DNA of 56,409 nt, the filler included, from Sphacelaria rigidula (lineage: Eukaryota), in the NCBI GenBank assembly GCA_964200075.2. It is 4 parts of 4 records of this genome, joined end to end, with 100 filler letters (N's around TTAATTAATTAA, not from the genome) between each part and the next. Parts side by side here need not be neighbours in the genome. Positions count along the whole stretch, not along the records: positions 14,129 to 28,156 come from CAXNAA020002501.1; positions 28,257 to 42,283 come from CAXNAA020002502.1; 2 more parts are not named here. The stretch is one strand, 5' to 3'. Under the pieces are notes generated by a model that saw only the letters and a program-made list of their open reading frames with translations, had not been told where the DNA came from and made no database searches. Positions 25,157 to 36,400 of this stretch are shown here, piece after piece (within the stretch, counting starts at the first letter, position 1; the number at the start of each line of letters is the position of its first letter). Made by a program: the position numbers and the translations under genes.

Positions 25157-25907
25157 ATGTTCTCGTACCACCGCCTTAGCCCTCAAATGCCCCCTCCCCC
25201 CCCCCGCGCGCGCGAACAGTGGCCCCCGGAACAAAGGCAAGGCTCGTCTGGACAAGATCGAGCCCCTTCTCCCGATCCGTCGGCGGCGATGGCTGAGGCG
25301 GCAGTCACGTTGGCCCTTGCTGCCCAAGCGCCTCTGCCGACGATTACCCCGCAACACGGGTCACCTTCGGGACACCAGCGTACTCCAATCCTCCCATCGT
25401 TCAAACCGCCCACGCCGGAATCCTCTCCGCCCCATCAGGATACTGCGGCACCGGGGGAGTCGAAGCAGGCGATGCTGCAACGAACGCCCCTTGCGCCTTC
25501 CACCCAGGGACCCTCCAGCAGCAGTGGCTCAGCGGCGGCACCAAGCACACAGGAGCAGTTGCTGGAAGAGGAGCAGCGAGCGCGCCTACTGTTTTCGAAG
25601 AAGCGGAAGCCGACGGTAGCGGCGGCGGCGGCGGCAGCCGCGGCCGCCGCCGCACGCGCCGCTGCGGCCGCCGCTGCTGCATCGGCGGCCGCTGCCGCCG
25701 CTAATTCGACGGCCAGCGGCAGTGGTAACTTGGTTTCGGAGCAGAGGTTCGGGAAGCGCGGGTCGGGGCAGGCGTTTGCGCTTAGTCTGTTCCAGATTTT
25801 AGACAGCGAGGACCCGTCTGTGATCGGCTGGTCCCCGTCGGGGAAGGCTTTTCGGATTGCGGACTCGGAGAGGTTCTGCGGAGATATCATGCCTCGGTGC
25901 TTCAAGC
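25157..25907 (+). CDS. HSF: HSF exon (low-complexity N-terminus, KKRK, poly-Ala, first half of DBD)
   Basis: Open frame; may extend 5' to an acceptor at 25115. Confidence 0.85.
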
Positions 25908-27084
25908 GTGAGTATTGTCTGCGTGTGCATTCATATATTTTTGTGTGAGGTGGCGTTTGGAGAATCGGAGTTCAGTTTGGGGTGGGGTAAACGTTACAAA
26001 TGATTGGAATGATCGGTACCTGCATGATGTTGAGGTTTTTAAAAATGGTCGCTGGGTTGAATTTTGCTTGTAGTGGTCAGATGATCAAGATATGTCATGC
26101 TCGTAAGGAGTTTGATGTAATGGTTGCGGCAGCGGCCTCGGCGTTTTTTTTTTCTTCTGTCTCCGAGCTTTGCCGTGACAGAGCGCGGCGGCAGTAGCGC
26201 GTGTTGGGTACCTGTGAGTGAGTCTATGCTACATGCGACGCTACCCGCTCGAGACTCAAATACGAAGCTGTTGTGATGTCTTGCTTTGACATGCACTAGG
26301 TGGTTCGAAGGCGCGCTTCCCCATCTCTGTCCTGAAACGATATGTTGAATCCGTGATGCAGCACTGGGTAATTCGGTTAAAAGCATTGTCATCTTTGGTG
26401 TTACTCAGCGTGTATCTGAAGGATTTTTAGCTTGGTTTGTGCGAACGTAAAAAGCTGCTACAGAATTTCCTGTGTATGTGCTGTTTTCGTGGTAGGAAAA
26501 CGCGGGCATGTGTTTGCATTGTGTGTTGATGAAAATCTTTTGTTTATTTTCACACACACACACATGCCCCCCTACAGGATAAGGGTTTCAAGGGCAGGTC
26601 GAGAAGAGTATATACTCAAATGTGGGGTATTTTGAAAGTCGTACTTGAAGTACACAAACTGGGGGTAGGGCTTTAGGCATCGCCTTCCACTTATTTTTTG
26701 GGTACGACTCCTAACACTCCACCCTAATTTGAGTACCTCAAGTACGTCTTTCAAAATACGTCGCAATTGATTATACTCTACTCGACCTGCCCTTGAAGGG
26801 TTCGAGTACGGGAATGTTGAAATGAAGCAGGGTTCCCTCCTGCTATTTTTTTGTACCCATTTGACGACTCTCTCACACATGCACATGCACATGCACATCC
26901 ACCCACCCCTTGTATGGATATTCATGCTGCAGAAAACAAATTTTCGAGCTTTCAGCGCCAATTGAACTTGTATGGATTTCGAAAGCTGGTGAGGGGAGTG
27001 GAGGCCGGCGGATACATGCACCCCCTCTTCGAGAAAGGAAAGCCCGAGCAGCTCCACAACGTCCGGAGGGGCGTTTTCCCTGAG
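25157..27084 (+). CDS. HSF: Heat shock factor (HSF-type DNA-binding domain) protein, partial; exons 25157-25907 and 26933-27084
   Basis: FALSLFQILDSEDPSVIGWSPSGKAFRIADSERFCGDIMPRCFK|QNKFSSFQRQLNLYGFRKLVRGVEAGGYMHPLFEKGKPEQLHNVRR; donor C|gtgagt at 25907, acceptor gcag|AA at 26933, donor GAG|gtaaca at 27084. Start codon uncertain; downstream exons not found on this contig. Confidence 0.92.
26933..27084 (+). CDS. HSF: HSF exon (recognition helix SFQRQLNLYGF)
   Basis: Canonical HSF motif and splice sites. Confidence 0.93.
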
Positions 27085-27141
27085 GTAACAATAAGTTGTA
27101 GCTGTTCTTCTCACTTCCTGACTGACTGTGCACCCCTTGTC

Positions 27142-27280
27142 ACCCGCTCGGGAGCCGAGTGTCACAGACCATACAGTGAGTGGCTTCGTACCCGCTCGGG
27201 AGCCCGATGTCACAGGCCATAGAGAGAGTGACTTAGTCCCCGCTCGGGAGCCCGATGTCGCAGACCACAGAGTGGCTTCG
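27142..27280. repeat. 48-bp tandem repeat x~3 in HSF intron
   Basis: CCCGCTCGGGAGCC..TGTC.CAG.CCA.. at ~27142, 27190, 27238. Confidence 0.85.
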
Positions 27281-27622
27281 TGCTGGAAATGTGTGAAAGA
27301 ATACTGCTTTTCATGGACCGTTTGCATGGGGCTCCGATGGGTCGGATATCGTGAAAAAACTGGCATGTTGTTGTGGGGGGTGTTATGCACACCAACCAGC
27401 GTTTTGTGTCAGTTGGTGGTATCGCTCCGAGATTATGTTTGGCGCCCTCAGAGGTTGAACTAATGTGCGTTGCGATGTATCGGCTTGTATGACTCATTGA
27501 TGCCGATGATGCGATATCTCTCGCCATTTTTTTGTTACTTGAACCTGATGTGATAAAACAGAAGAACCAAGGGGACCTAAACTTTTAAATCGAACCTCTA
27601 TTGATGAAATTACAAGTACAAA

Positions 27623-28156
27623 GCGTGTGTGCGTGGTTGTTGTCATCCGGTTTATTCTGGACATCAGTCTACACTTTTCCGAGAGAGGTATATGTAAGCG
27701 TACTAGCCGGGGTCACACAGGAAGAAGGTCAATACTGATGTTTTTTTTTTGTGTGTGTGTGTTTTGTTTCAGTAATCCACCTTCCTTCTGCGTTCCTTGT
27801 CCTTTGTTCGCGAGAAGGGCTCAATGGTCCCTTCCCCCTCGTTGACCGTGACATCGAAAAACTTTCGTGTACTCGCGGCGTTGTCGCTCTCCCCAGATCA
27901 AGTGACGTCGCCGACATTCAAACCCACATCCCAACCTTCATAGCGCGAACGCCTCTTTAGTTTTTAACTTTTTGTTTTGTGTCCCAATACTACTCTCTCT
28001 GGTGAAGATGCCAAGAGGTCGCTGCTTGAGCAAGTCACGAGAGCGGGTTCCCAGATGAACCGAAAAGGCCTGATATGAATCCTCCGCGTTTCCATGAAAT
28101 TTGTAGCGGTCAAATGGCGCGCCCAAGGGGGGGGGGGTGTACTCATGATCATGCTT
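27623..28156 (-). mobile_element. Long SINE-like repeat, cut by the gap
   Basis: 3' half matches 77-285; 5' part shares GCATGATCATGAGTACACC with 14179-14197. Confidence 0.7.
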
Positions 28157-28256
28157 NNNNNNNNNNNNNNNNNNNNNNNNNNNNNNNNNNNNNNNNNNNN
28201 TTAATTAATTAANNNNNNNNNNNNNNNNNNNNNNNNNNNNNNNNNNNNNNNNNNNN
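28157..28256. other. Artificial contig linker
   Basis: N44-TTAATTAATTAA-N44. Confidence 0.98.
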
Positions 28257-30385
28257 GTTTTAGGCTTGAACCTCATCTCAAAGTTAAACCTCGATTCGCA
28301 CAATTTGTTGTTGATAGTCATTTCCAACTCTGTCGAAGAATAGTACGCGAAGAAAACCCGAAAACATCCCTAGTTAGATCGCCCACTACTGTATCGTGAT
28401 CGACACGTATTTGTGAGCACCGCTTTCATTCGGTGCACCTGGGTACACCTGCTCAACTGCTACAGATTATGTTTTGTAAAGATGCTCTGTATGGCATAAT
28501 TGTTTGGCACAGAATTTGGATTTCAGTCATGACACTTGAACGCCATTCCACGGTTCGATCCCACTCTCGAGGACTGTATGTTCTTTGGAGATCGGAGCAA
28601 CAATGCTTCACGAGGCAAGCTGGGTGAAGTTTCAACAGACAAATGCACTCTTCTGTTGGTCGTGTTTGCAAAACTGTTTAAGGTAAAGCATGAATTTTTA
28701 AAGGTGGGTTAAGCCCCTTTTGAAAATTCAACCCCCATTTTCTAGGGTCCTGTTGACTGCTGTTTCACCATTTCGTTCACAGAATGCGAGTGTAGGGTAT
28801 TGACTCGTCACGAAGATGAGGACTCGTATGCAAGTATCGGGGTTTGTACATTTTTCGGGTTGTGTATCCAACGACCTACCATTCGGGATGTAAACCCTTC
28901 CGACCTTTGATCGCCAGGGTGGCCTATTTGTGGAATCGGCATCGCTTCTACTGGAAGGAATAAATAGTCCGTGACCCAGATGATCTACCCTCGCCGACAA
29001 GCGGCTAACCGTCAGGTTTTACAATCTGGGGCATGCAGTTACTTTTCACCAAAGAAACTCTGAATCTAGCGAAAACGGCACGAGGACATGTCCGACGTTT
29101 TCGCCGACGGTCCAATTCTACATCGGAGTTCGGAAACGTATGCGCCACTGGTTTCTCGTAAATAACTTGATTTCGGTTTGTTGAGCAATCCGTTCGCTGC
29201 TACCCTCTTTGAATGCCAAAACAGTGGCTTCATATGTCGACAGTCAACTGCTCATTTTTTTTTTTAAACGAGCCCAAAAGTCAAGACTTTCTCACCCTGG
29301 GGATGTGGTATACAAAAGCTAATTCTGCTGGAATCCGCGGTTCGCTGTCTAATCGCAACGAGCGAAATTCACGGTCGCAGTCGCAATTTGACGTCCAGCA
29401 ACGAAAGATAGTTGTCGGAGGTTTTTACATTTGACACGAATCATTCCGACATATTCTTCACAGTTGAGTTTGAGACTACAAGTTCGCACTATCCCTCAAA
29501 TGCCTACGATTGGGCATACATCATTTCATCCCAACACCAAAAACAAAAAGTTGCTAATATTCCCGCTGTCTGCGCAGCTACTCCGCGCTTACCCGCCAAG
29601 TACATGCTGCGCATGTTACCCTTTACATCAACGTGACCTTTAGCCAAGGCATGATTCCATGGATCTCTTCTTTAGCATTTCCACTCGCTGCTACTCCGAG
29701 GCGAAAAACTGCGCTCAACCAGGACGAATGCATCCACTTTTGACGTACTACAATACGACAGGCTTCAGTGTCCACTCCCAGCCCGAGGGCCATTTTACAG
29801 CGTCTTCACTCATCCATCAGCAGCAACAGTTACCGATCTCATGGGTGACGTTTTCGGTCCACCACGGGCTATCAACCCGTTAGATTTTCCGTTCGGGGAT
29901 TAATGCGCGAAGAAACAGCACCGAGTACCACTGTCATACGCAGGTTGTGCTGTGTTCTCTGCCGTGCGGCTCCGAAACCGGGTTGAGCCGGTAGTACCGT
30001 TACTCGGCACAAATAAATATACCTCTCATCCTCCTGCGCCCGCCTTCCCATAAACAGCCAATCAAGTCCCTACAGCAACTCACCCACAAATCCCAAAGGG
30101 TGCTGTTCGTAGCCCCCTGGCGACCGCGGAATACAAGGAACAAAAACACAAAACTAGGGGCGGGCAACCCCGTCATCACAAGAAAAGCTCAAAGCGCCCG
30201 TCAAAAATCTTCGGCAGAAGAACAGCTTGTGTTGAGCCACTGGGGGAGATGAGCAGAACGATATGTAACCCTCAGGCTACACAGGGCGGAGCATGTATAC
30301 CAAGAAAATACAGCAGGGCCTACCACGAATATCGCTCACAACAGCGGCCTATTGGTTCAAGTAGTATCCGTTGTAAAAGTACGCG

Positions 30386-30460
30386 TTAGCCAATGCGAAC
30401 CACATCTGGGGTAGTTTCCGCACCCGCACTGTTTCCCCGGCGGGACAGCTCCACCTCGTC
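30386..30460 (-). CDS. Membrane protein terminal exon
   Basis: ttcatcag|DEVELSRRGNSAGAETTPDVVRIG*. Confidence 0.75.
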   Translation of the reverse strand, partial: DEVELSRRGNSAGAETTPDVVRIG

Positions 30461-33400
30461 CTGATGAACAACACAGAATTGGGGCGGGGGGTGGAGGGCA
30501 CGCAAAAACGAACGCAGCGGAGTCAGCTACTGTGGCTTGACATTTGACGCATTAGTGTAACGTGAAACAGGTGATCAACCGGGTGGTCGCGCCTCGCGCA
30601 TCAACTCAATCTCAAATATTTCGTCCGCGAGCGCTTTCTTCACTACAATCGTCATTCATCATTTTCTCAACCATCTCGCAGACTTCATATCCCTGTTCAA
30701 GGGCACATGTGTTGAACGGAAACTTCGTTTCATGAACGAGCAATGCGATGGTAATTCTCCGAGGCCTCCACCTTGTGATGAAAAATACGAAAATGGGTTG
30801 AGGCGAGGATTGGAAACATGGTGCCAATCTCCATCACAAACCATGGCTGTGCATACTTCGTGTGTTGCTAATAAGTAGTACGACTTCTGCCGCTGGTGGC
30901 CGTTTCATTGGAGGGGACTCATCGGTTAGGCATGCTACACTGGACCATCGTGCTCATCCAGGGAGGCTCACGGCAGGTTGCCTCAGTAGTAATCACCCCA
31001 ATTCCGCTTCACGTATGTATCAGATGTGGGAGAAGAGGCGGAACAAAAGCCACACAATTTCACAGTTACAAACGCCATGTGAAGGTGAACTAGTTCGACC
31101 AACGGATCCCGACCAAACGTATTCGGAGTAGAATCAGAATTTGGCTCCACGTACCCTTATTTTTACTTTCGATATGTCTGACAATCCCATGAAACAACTC
31201 GAAAAGTACAAGTAACACCAATGAATATGTATAAAACGTCAACGACAGTTCCATGTAAAAACTCACTGTTCGGCGATCAATATAAGGACCGTCAGGGGGT
31301 AGCGATGTCTACCGTTCTGCTATATGTGTACACCTGTGGCACACTTGCACCCACGTTGCAAAATTTCCATTAGTGTTCGTCGAGGAATAAATTTTTCACG
31401 GAGGAACAAACTAAGGAAAAAGTTCATGTGATGTGGCCGAGACCGCCCGAGTAGGGGGGTGAGGCAACAAGTCTAGCTCTAAATTCAAATGACCTCTCCC
31501 CAGCACCTGGCGCTGGAGCAGTGGCACCTCATATGAAGCATGACGCATCACAATGAGGGGAACGGGTGTGGGTACATATGATGGGACACGGGGGTATCTG
31601 GCGATGAATAGAATCATTTGTGAACAAGATGTATGCGAAAAGCGGTTTGTCTAGCGGTAAACATGCCCTCCTGGAGAGTATTTCCCGTATAAATATCCAA
31701 GTAATTCTTGTTACCCCACAAACTCCCGGGCATCCATACAGCGCCCCCCGGGAAGGCGGGGGGGGGGGGGCTACGCAAGCCAAACGTTTTGCAGCTGTTC
31801 CACGTTACTAGTCACCTTGTATCGCAGGTGTCCTAACTTGTTTCTGCTCCGATCTACGATGTACATATTCGACGAATCATGATTCGTACTGTTCGTCCTG
31901 CATGAATCACGATGATGAAAGATGTCCGTTTGATTGATGTTGTCGAACCAAGGTTAGGAATATGTATATCAAAACTATTGTGAACAAATCTTGAGGGGAA
32001 TTTCCGTCGAGTCACTGAGAAACATTTTGGAACGACTTGTACCATACAAATCAACAGTAGAACACATGGTGATGATTAGTATCGCACGATAAACGGTGTG
32101 TAAATATTGGGGAAAATGTTCGTACTGTACGAATCATAAGGTCGAAACATGTACAAATCACGAACCTTATCTCAATTTTACAAACGATTCCGGCAAAACA
32201 TGAATAGCGATGAATCATGGTTTGATTTGCCTCATGTATGAAACCGTGAAAGTGCGATACAGCGAGAGTAAATCCCGATTTGCCCCCAAGCACCCGTCTT
32301 GTGTAACGGTTCAGTAGAGCGCTCGACCGACAGCGCAGTCCTGCCACCGTGCGTTTAGACGAGTGTTCCAGAATGTTCTCGTGCTCCCCAAAATTCCACC
32401 CGGGGCGAGGGGGGTCGTTATTTTTCTGGAACGATTGTTGCGAACCCCTTTCTCTCACACATCTTCCAACTGATTCATCACACTGTGGAACGCCACCGCG
32501 TAACCACTGCACACTGTGCGCTTTACACTGTAGGGTAGGGTCGAGTAGTGCGCAACACCGGTGCTAGCGAAAACACGCCACGACCAATTTCGTGTGATGC
32601 TAACGTACCGCAGCTTGGACAGGGAGGTACATGGCTGCACCCCCGCCGCCCGCCTTGAAGTGCCGGTAAGCCACCATTGCCCCTCCAATCGACACGGAGC
32701 ATCCCACGAGAACCACCATCGCCCAAAGCACATCGACGAATATCGTTCCGGCGCCGGGAGGTTCCTGCGGAGCAAAAGTGTCGAACGCGTCATGCACAAC
32801 GTGCAGCGTGGCGCGTCAACTCTCATGTCAGTGGGGCATGACATTGATCAAGATGTCAAGGGTCGGACGAATCAATTATTCATCTGGACGTTTCTTGGTT
32901 TCAGTCAAGTTGATTCGAATCGTACGAATCAATCACTAGGCTTAATTTTCAGCGTTGCAACCCAGGTACACGCAGCCCAGACACGTGGAATGACGAAAAA
33001 GTTGCGTGGGTACCCCTTTGGACCAGCGGTCGACTTTTCTTCTTCCTCCAGGGCAATCAGGCCGAAGAAATCGTGGATTTGGTGATTTGAACCCCTGATG
33101 ATTCGTCCTAACCGTGCAAGATTTGCAACACGTACTGCAAGTATTCGAGAACGTTGTGAACGGTATGTCTCAAGGTGTCATCACGGGCGAGAGATTACTG
33201 TTCAGAAGTGAACAGACACCTCGTTGCCCAGGGATTCAGCATGTGAGAATTTGAGGAGCACCAAGTCACGACTACCGTATGCGTGGAAGCGTTTCGGCCC
33301 CACCCAACGAGGTTGTTGACTGCCGTTGCAGTAACTCAGGGGAGACCGATATTTACGAAAAAGGCTTTTTGATCCCGCACTAAAAAAATAGAGGCGACAT

Positions 33401-36400
33401 AAAACGGCAAGACACGCCGCTCGCCGTCGGCCTTGAAGTTGCGTTGCCGCAACACTTCCACTAAATCTACGGTGTACGGCTTTTCAACCAGTAGCGACCC
33501 CACGGTATGCGCGGCCACATCCCACAGCCGAACAATGGGCCATGCTGTCAAACACTACCCTGAGTAAAATGACGACAGCCCCCGTATCAGGGCTACTGTA
33601 AACTCAAGACCGCCGCAACAACGCGGGAGCAGGCTCATCACGCTACAGCGGATTTCGAAAAAAACAAAAAATATACACCCTGTACAACAGATTGCATCGT
33701 CAAGAAGTGCACTAGGTACAGTATTGACTATTGCGTCTAATGCAATAGACAACATATTCCATATATATCACGGTACATTTTTTTACTACATGTCCAGGGT
33801 GTGAAAAATAAAAAATAAAAAAGTTCGACTCGACCGTCCGAACCACGCTCCGCAGGCATACGTGAATCATTTCGTGTGCCATACCGGGTGTTTGACGTGG
33901 TGATCATTCCAACGCTTGTACTGAGGCTGGGCGTTGTTCTCCTGCCCTAGCAAAACGGCGTCATCGTTGGCCAGCAACTCCCAGTCGTCATCGTCAAACC
34001 ACTGGCGAGATACGTAGAATGATGTGTCCGTATAGTTCGATCCCGCGTCACCCCACTCCCCGCAATCCTGTCAAAGTGATGAACCGCATGCAACATCTGG
34101 CACAGTCAACACTTGCATAGGATATTTTCACCCCAAGGGTTCCCGAATACACTGCACTGCATCGGTGATAGCCGCACCGCACCGGCGAACAGTACAGAGC
34201 GGAGCGATTTCGGAGTTGCGAGTCACCGTCAAAATCACGAACGGCAGCACGCTGAGTTGCTGGTCGCGCAGGAGGGGGCATGCTGCAGACAAGGGCCCAC
34301 CAGTGGAACCAGCTACTACCATTCCGTTATCCAGCTGAAATCATGATCCTTGCGATATCCCGAGATATCAAATTTTAACCTCAAGCAACGCGAAGAACCC
34401 GATGGCATTTTCAGAACAGAATGCAACATCGACACCTTCGAGAACTACGCTTCACGTATCGACAGCGTTCGCGACTGAAACATACAGCAAGGTGACGTCA
34501 TTGACTGGTGACGAGAACAATCACACAGCCAGCGACATAACCCGCTATCTTACACCGGCGAAATTCGACGCGTGAAGAAATACCTGACAGTCCGAGCCAG
34601 CTGGACAAGTCCCGCCCATGCGCGGGTCATCACAAGCCCCATCCCTAGCGTGTTGGCAGGTGTTCTCACAAGTGCCGTCGGGTATGAACTTTAAAAAACG
34701 GGAGAAGGCATCAATAATGAAAAAACAGGACAGACACGCAGCATACAGAGGCACGGTTGGCAACGATGGCATCGGATCAAGTGCCCCAGATGCAAAAGCA
34801 CGTGCCGCATACAAGATACAAGAGATCTGCCTGGTCACGCGTTTGGTGACAACCGCCATCGCTACACAGTCGACGCCTCACTAAACGGCGCTGTACTGCA
34901 CGCAAGAGTTGGTCGTCTCAAGATGAGAAACGGCGTTGAAATGATTTGGGCCACACCTGCCTAAATACCAGAGTAGTAATGGTGCGAGCTGATTTACACC
35001 GTCCTGCAGCGGGCGGGCCGGCGGCGGCGGGGGGGGGGGGGGGTTCCTACCTTCAAAAGGGCGCCGTGACACCCTGCGTGCGTTCACCAATAACAACAAA
35101 AGTGCCACATTCTCCGCTGCTTCCTTCGGTTTTAGAGGAAGTACCGCCTCGTCCATCACAGATTATGGGGGTATTCCAGCACCTCCAGGTGACACGTATC
35201 GGATCGTCAAACTTTCGAAACCGTAGATCATGTACATTGATGAAAGACCTAAGATACCCAAATTATTAAAATCATCTCGACGACATTTCGACACTTTCAA
35301 CAACGCATTTGACGGCAGAAAAACGACCTTCCACGTGAACTGAAAGGTACATCATCTCTCAGTGTTGTCATTTCCACCGCGTACGGCAGAGACACACGGA
35401 GACGGAAACGTCGAAACGTCCAACACCTACCTTCACCCGTCATAACGGAACCAAAGCCACGAGCAAACGTTAAAAAAACGGAAGTTATTGTAAAGAACGA
35501 TTGCAAATCTGAGTAGCATATATCAAAGGTGCAGAATTCCGTGTGTCGAATCTCGAATCTAAGGCTGGCTACACATGTGTACAGTACATCCTACACCATC
35601 GCCGAGGGTGCTAGCCTCACACCTCGTCGAAAAGGCCTTCAGGGACGCAGCATGAATTTCACAACAGGGACTACATCGCATCCGGCGTGCCCGACTACAG
35701 TCATCGCACAATTATCCACTGCCCACTGTACTGTCAAAAACAACACATGTTGTCCAACGTCATCCTACACCACGTCCGAACAGTCGAAGAAGTACCTCAT
35801 CCAACCACCTCAACACGAGTGGGGACTGAGCTCCTCTGTACAACCCATCTTCCTGCAAATAATGCTATCAATATCGGGGAGCACTTCGGACACTGCTCCT
35901 CCTCCACATAGGATTGGGTTCCGGCATCGTACCTTGACGCCACAGTCACTGCAGTCAGTCCCGAGCTCGCAAGGGGCCAAGGCGTTGTAGAACCCATCGT
36001 CAGTCATTCCTTCCCCGTACGCGTGGTACGTCATTTCGTAACCAGCATAGCGGTACCTGGCGCAACGAGTGGACAAAAAAAAAGTGACATGGTTTTGAAC
36101 GAAATTTTACACGGGGCCTTGAACGCACCATGAGTGGTACTAAACAACAACTCCAAATACCAACAGCATTAACAAAGAATAGCACGGCCCTCTCTCCGTT
36201 CAGCGACAACGGGGCAGAGCCCCTGACCAACCGGCACAAGTGCAAGGTGAGACAACATTCTTGTTGGGTAGCTACCGGTGGTGCGGCGGATCACCAGTGC
36301 GCAACACAACCAGCGCGACAACTCAAATAAACTACCCTCCCCTTGCACTCCCCTTACCCCCCCTTGATCTCCTCGGGGAGAGTCAGCAGTCTCGAGGGAT

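Noticed and set aside
27142-27280. CRISPR array, or coding repeat in the 272-aa minus-strand ORF
   Set aside because: Simple 48-bp tandem repeat in an HSF intron; that ORF is antisense to a real exon.
31505-31597. Alternative last exon of the membrane protein
   Set aside because: In the required phase it gives a short unconvincing peptide; the exon at 30386-30460 fits better.
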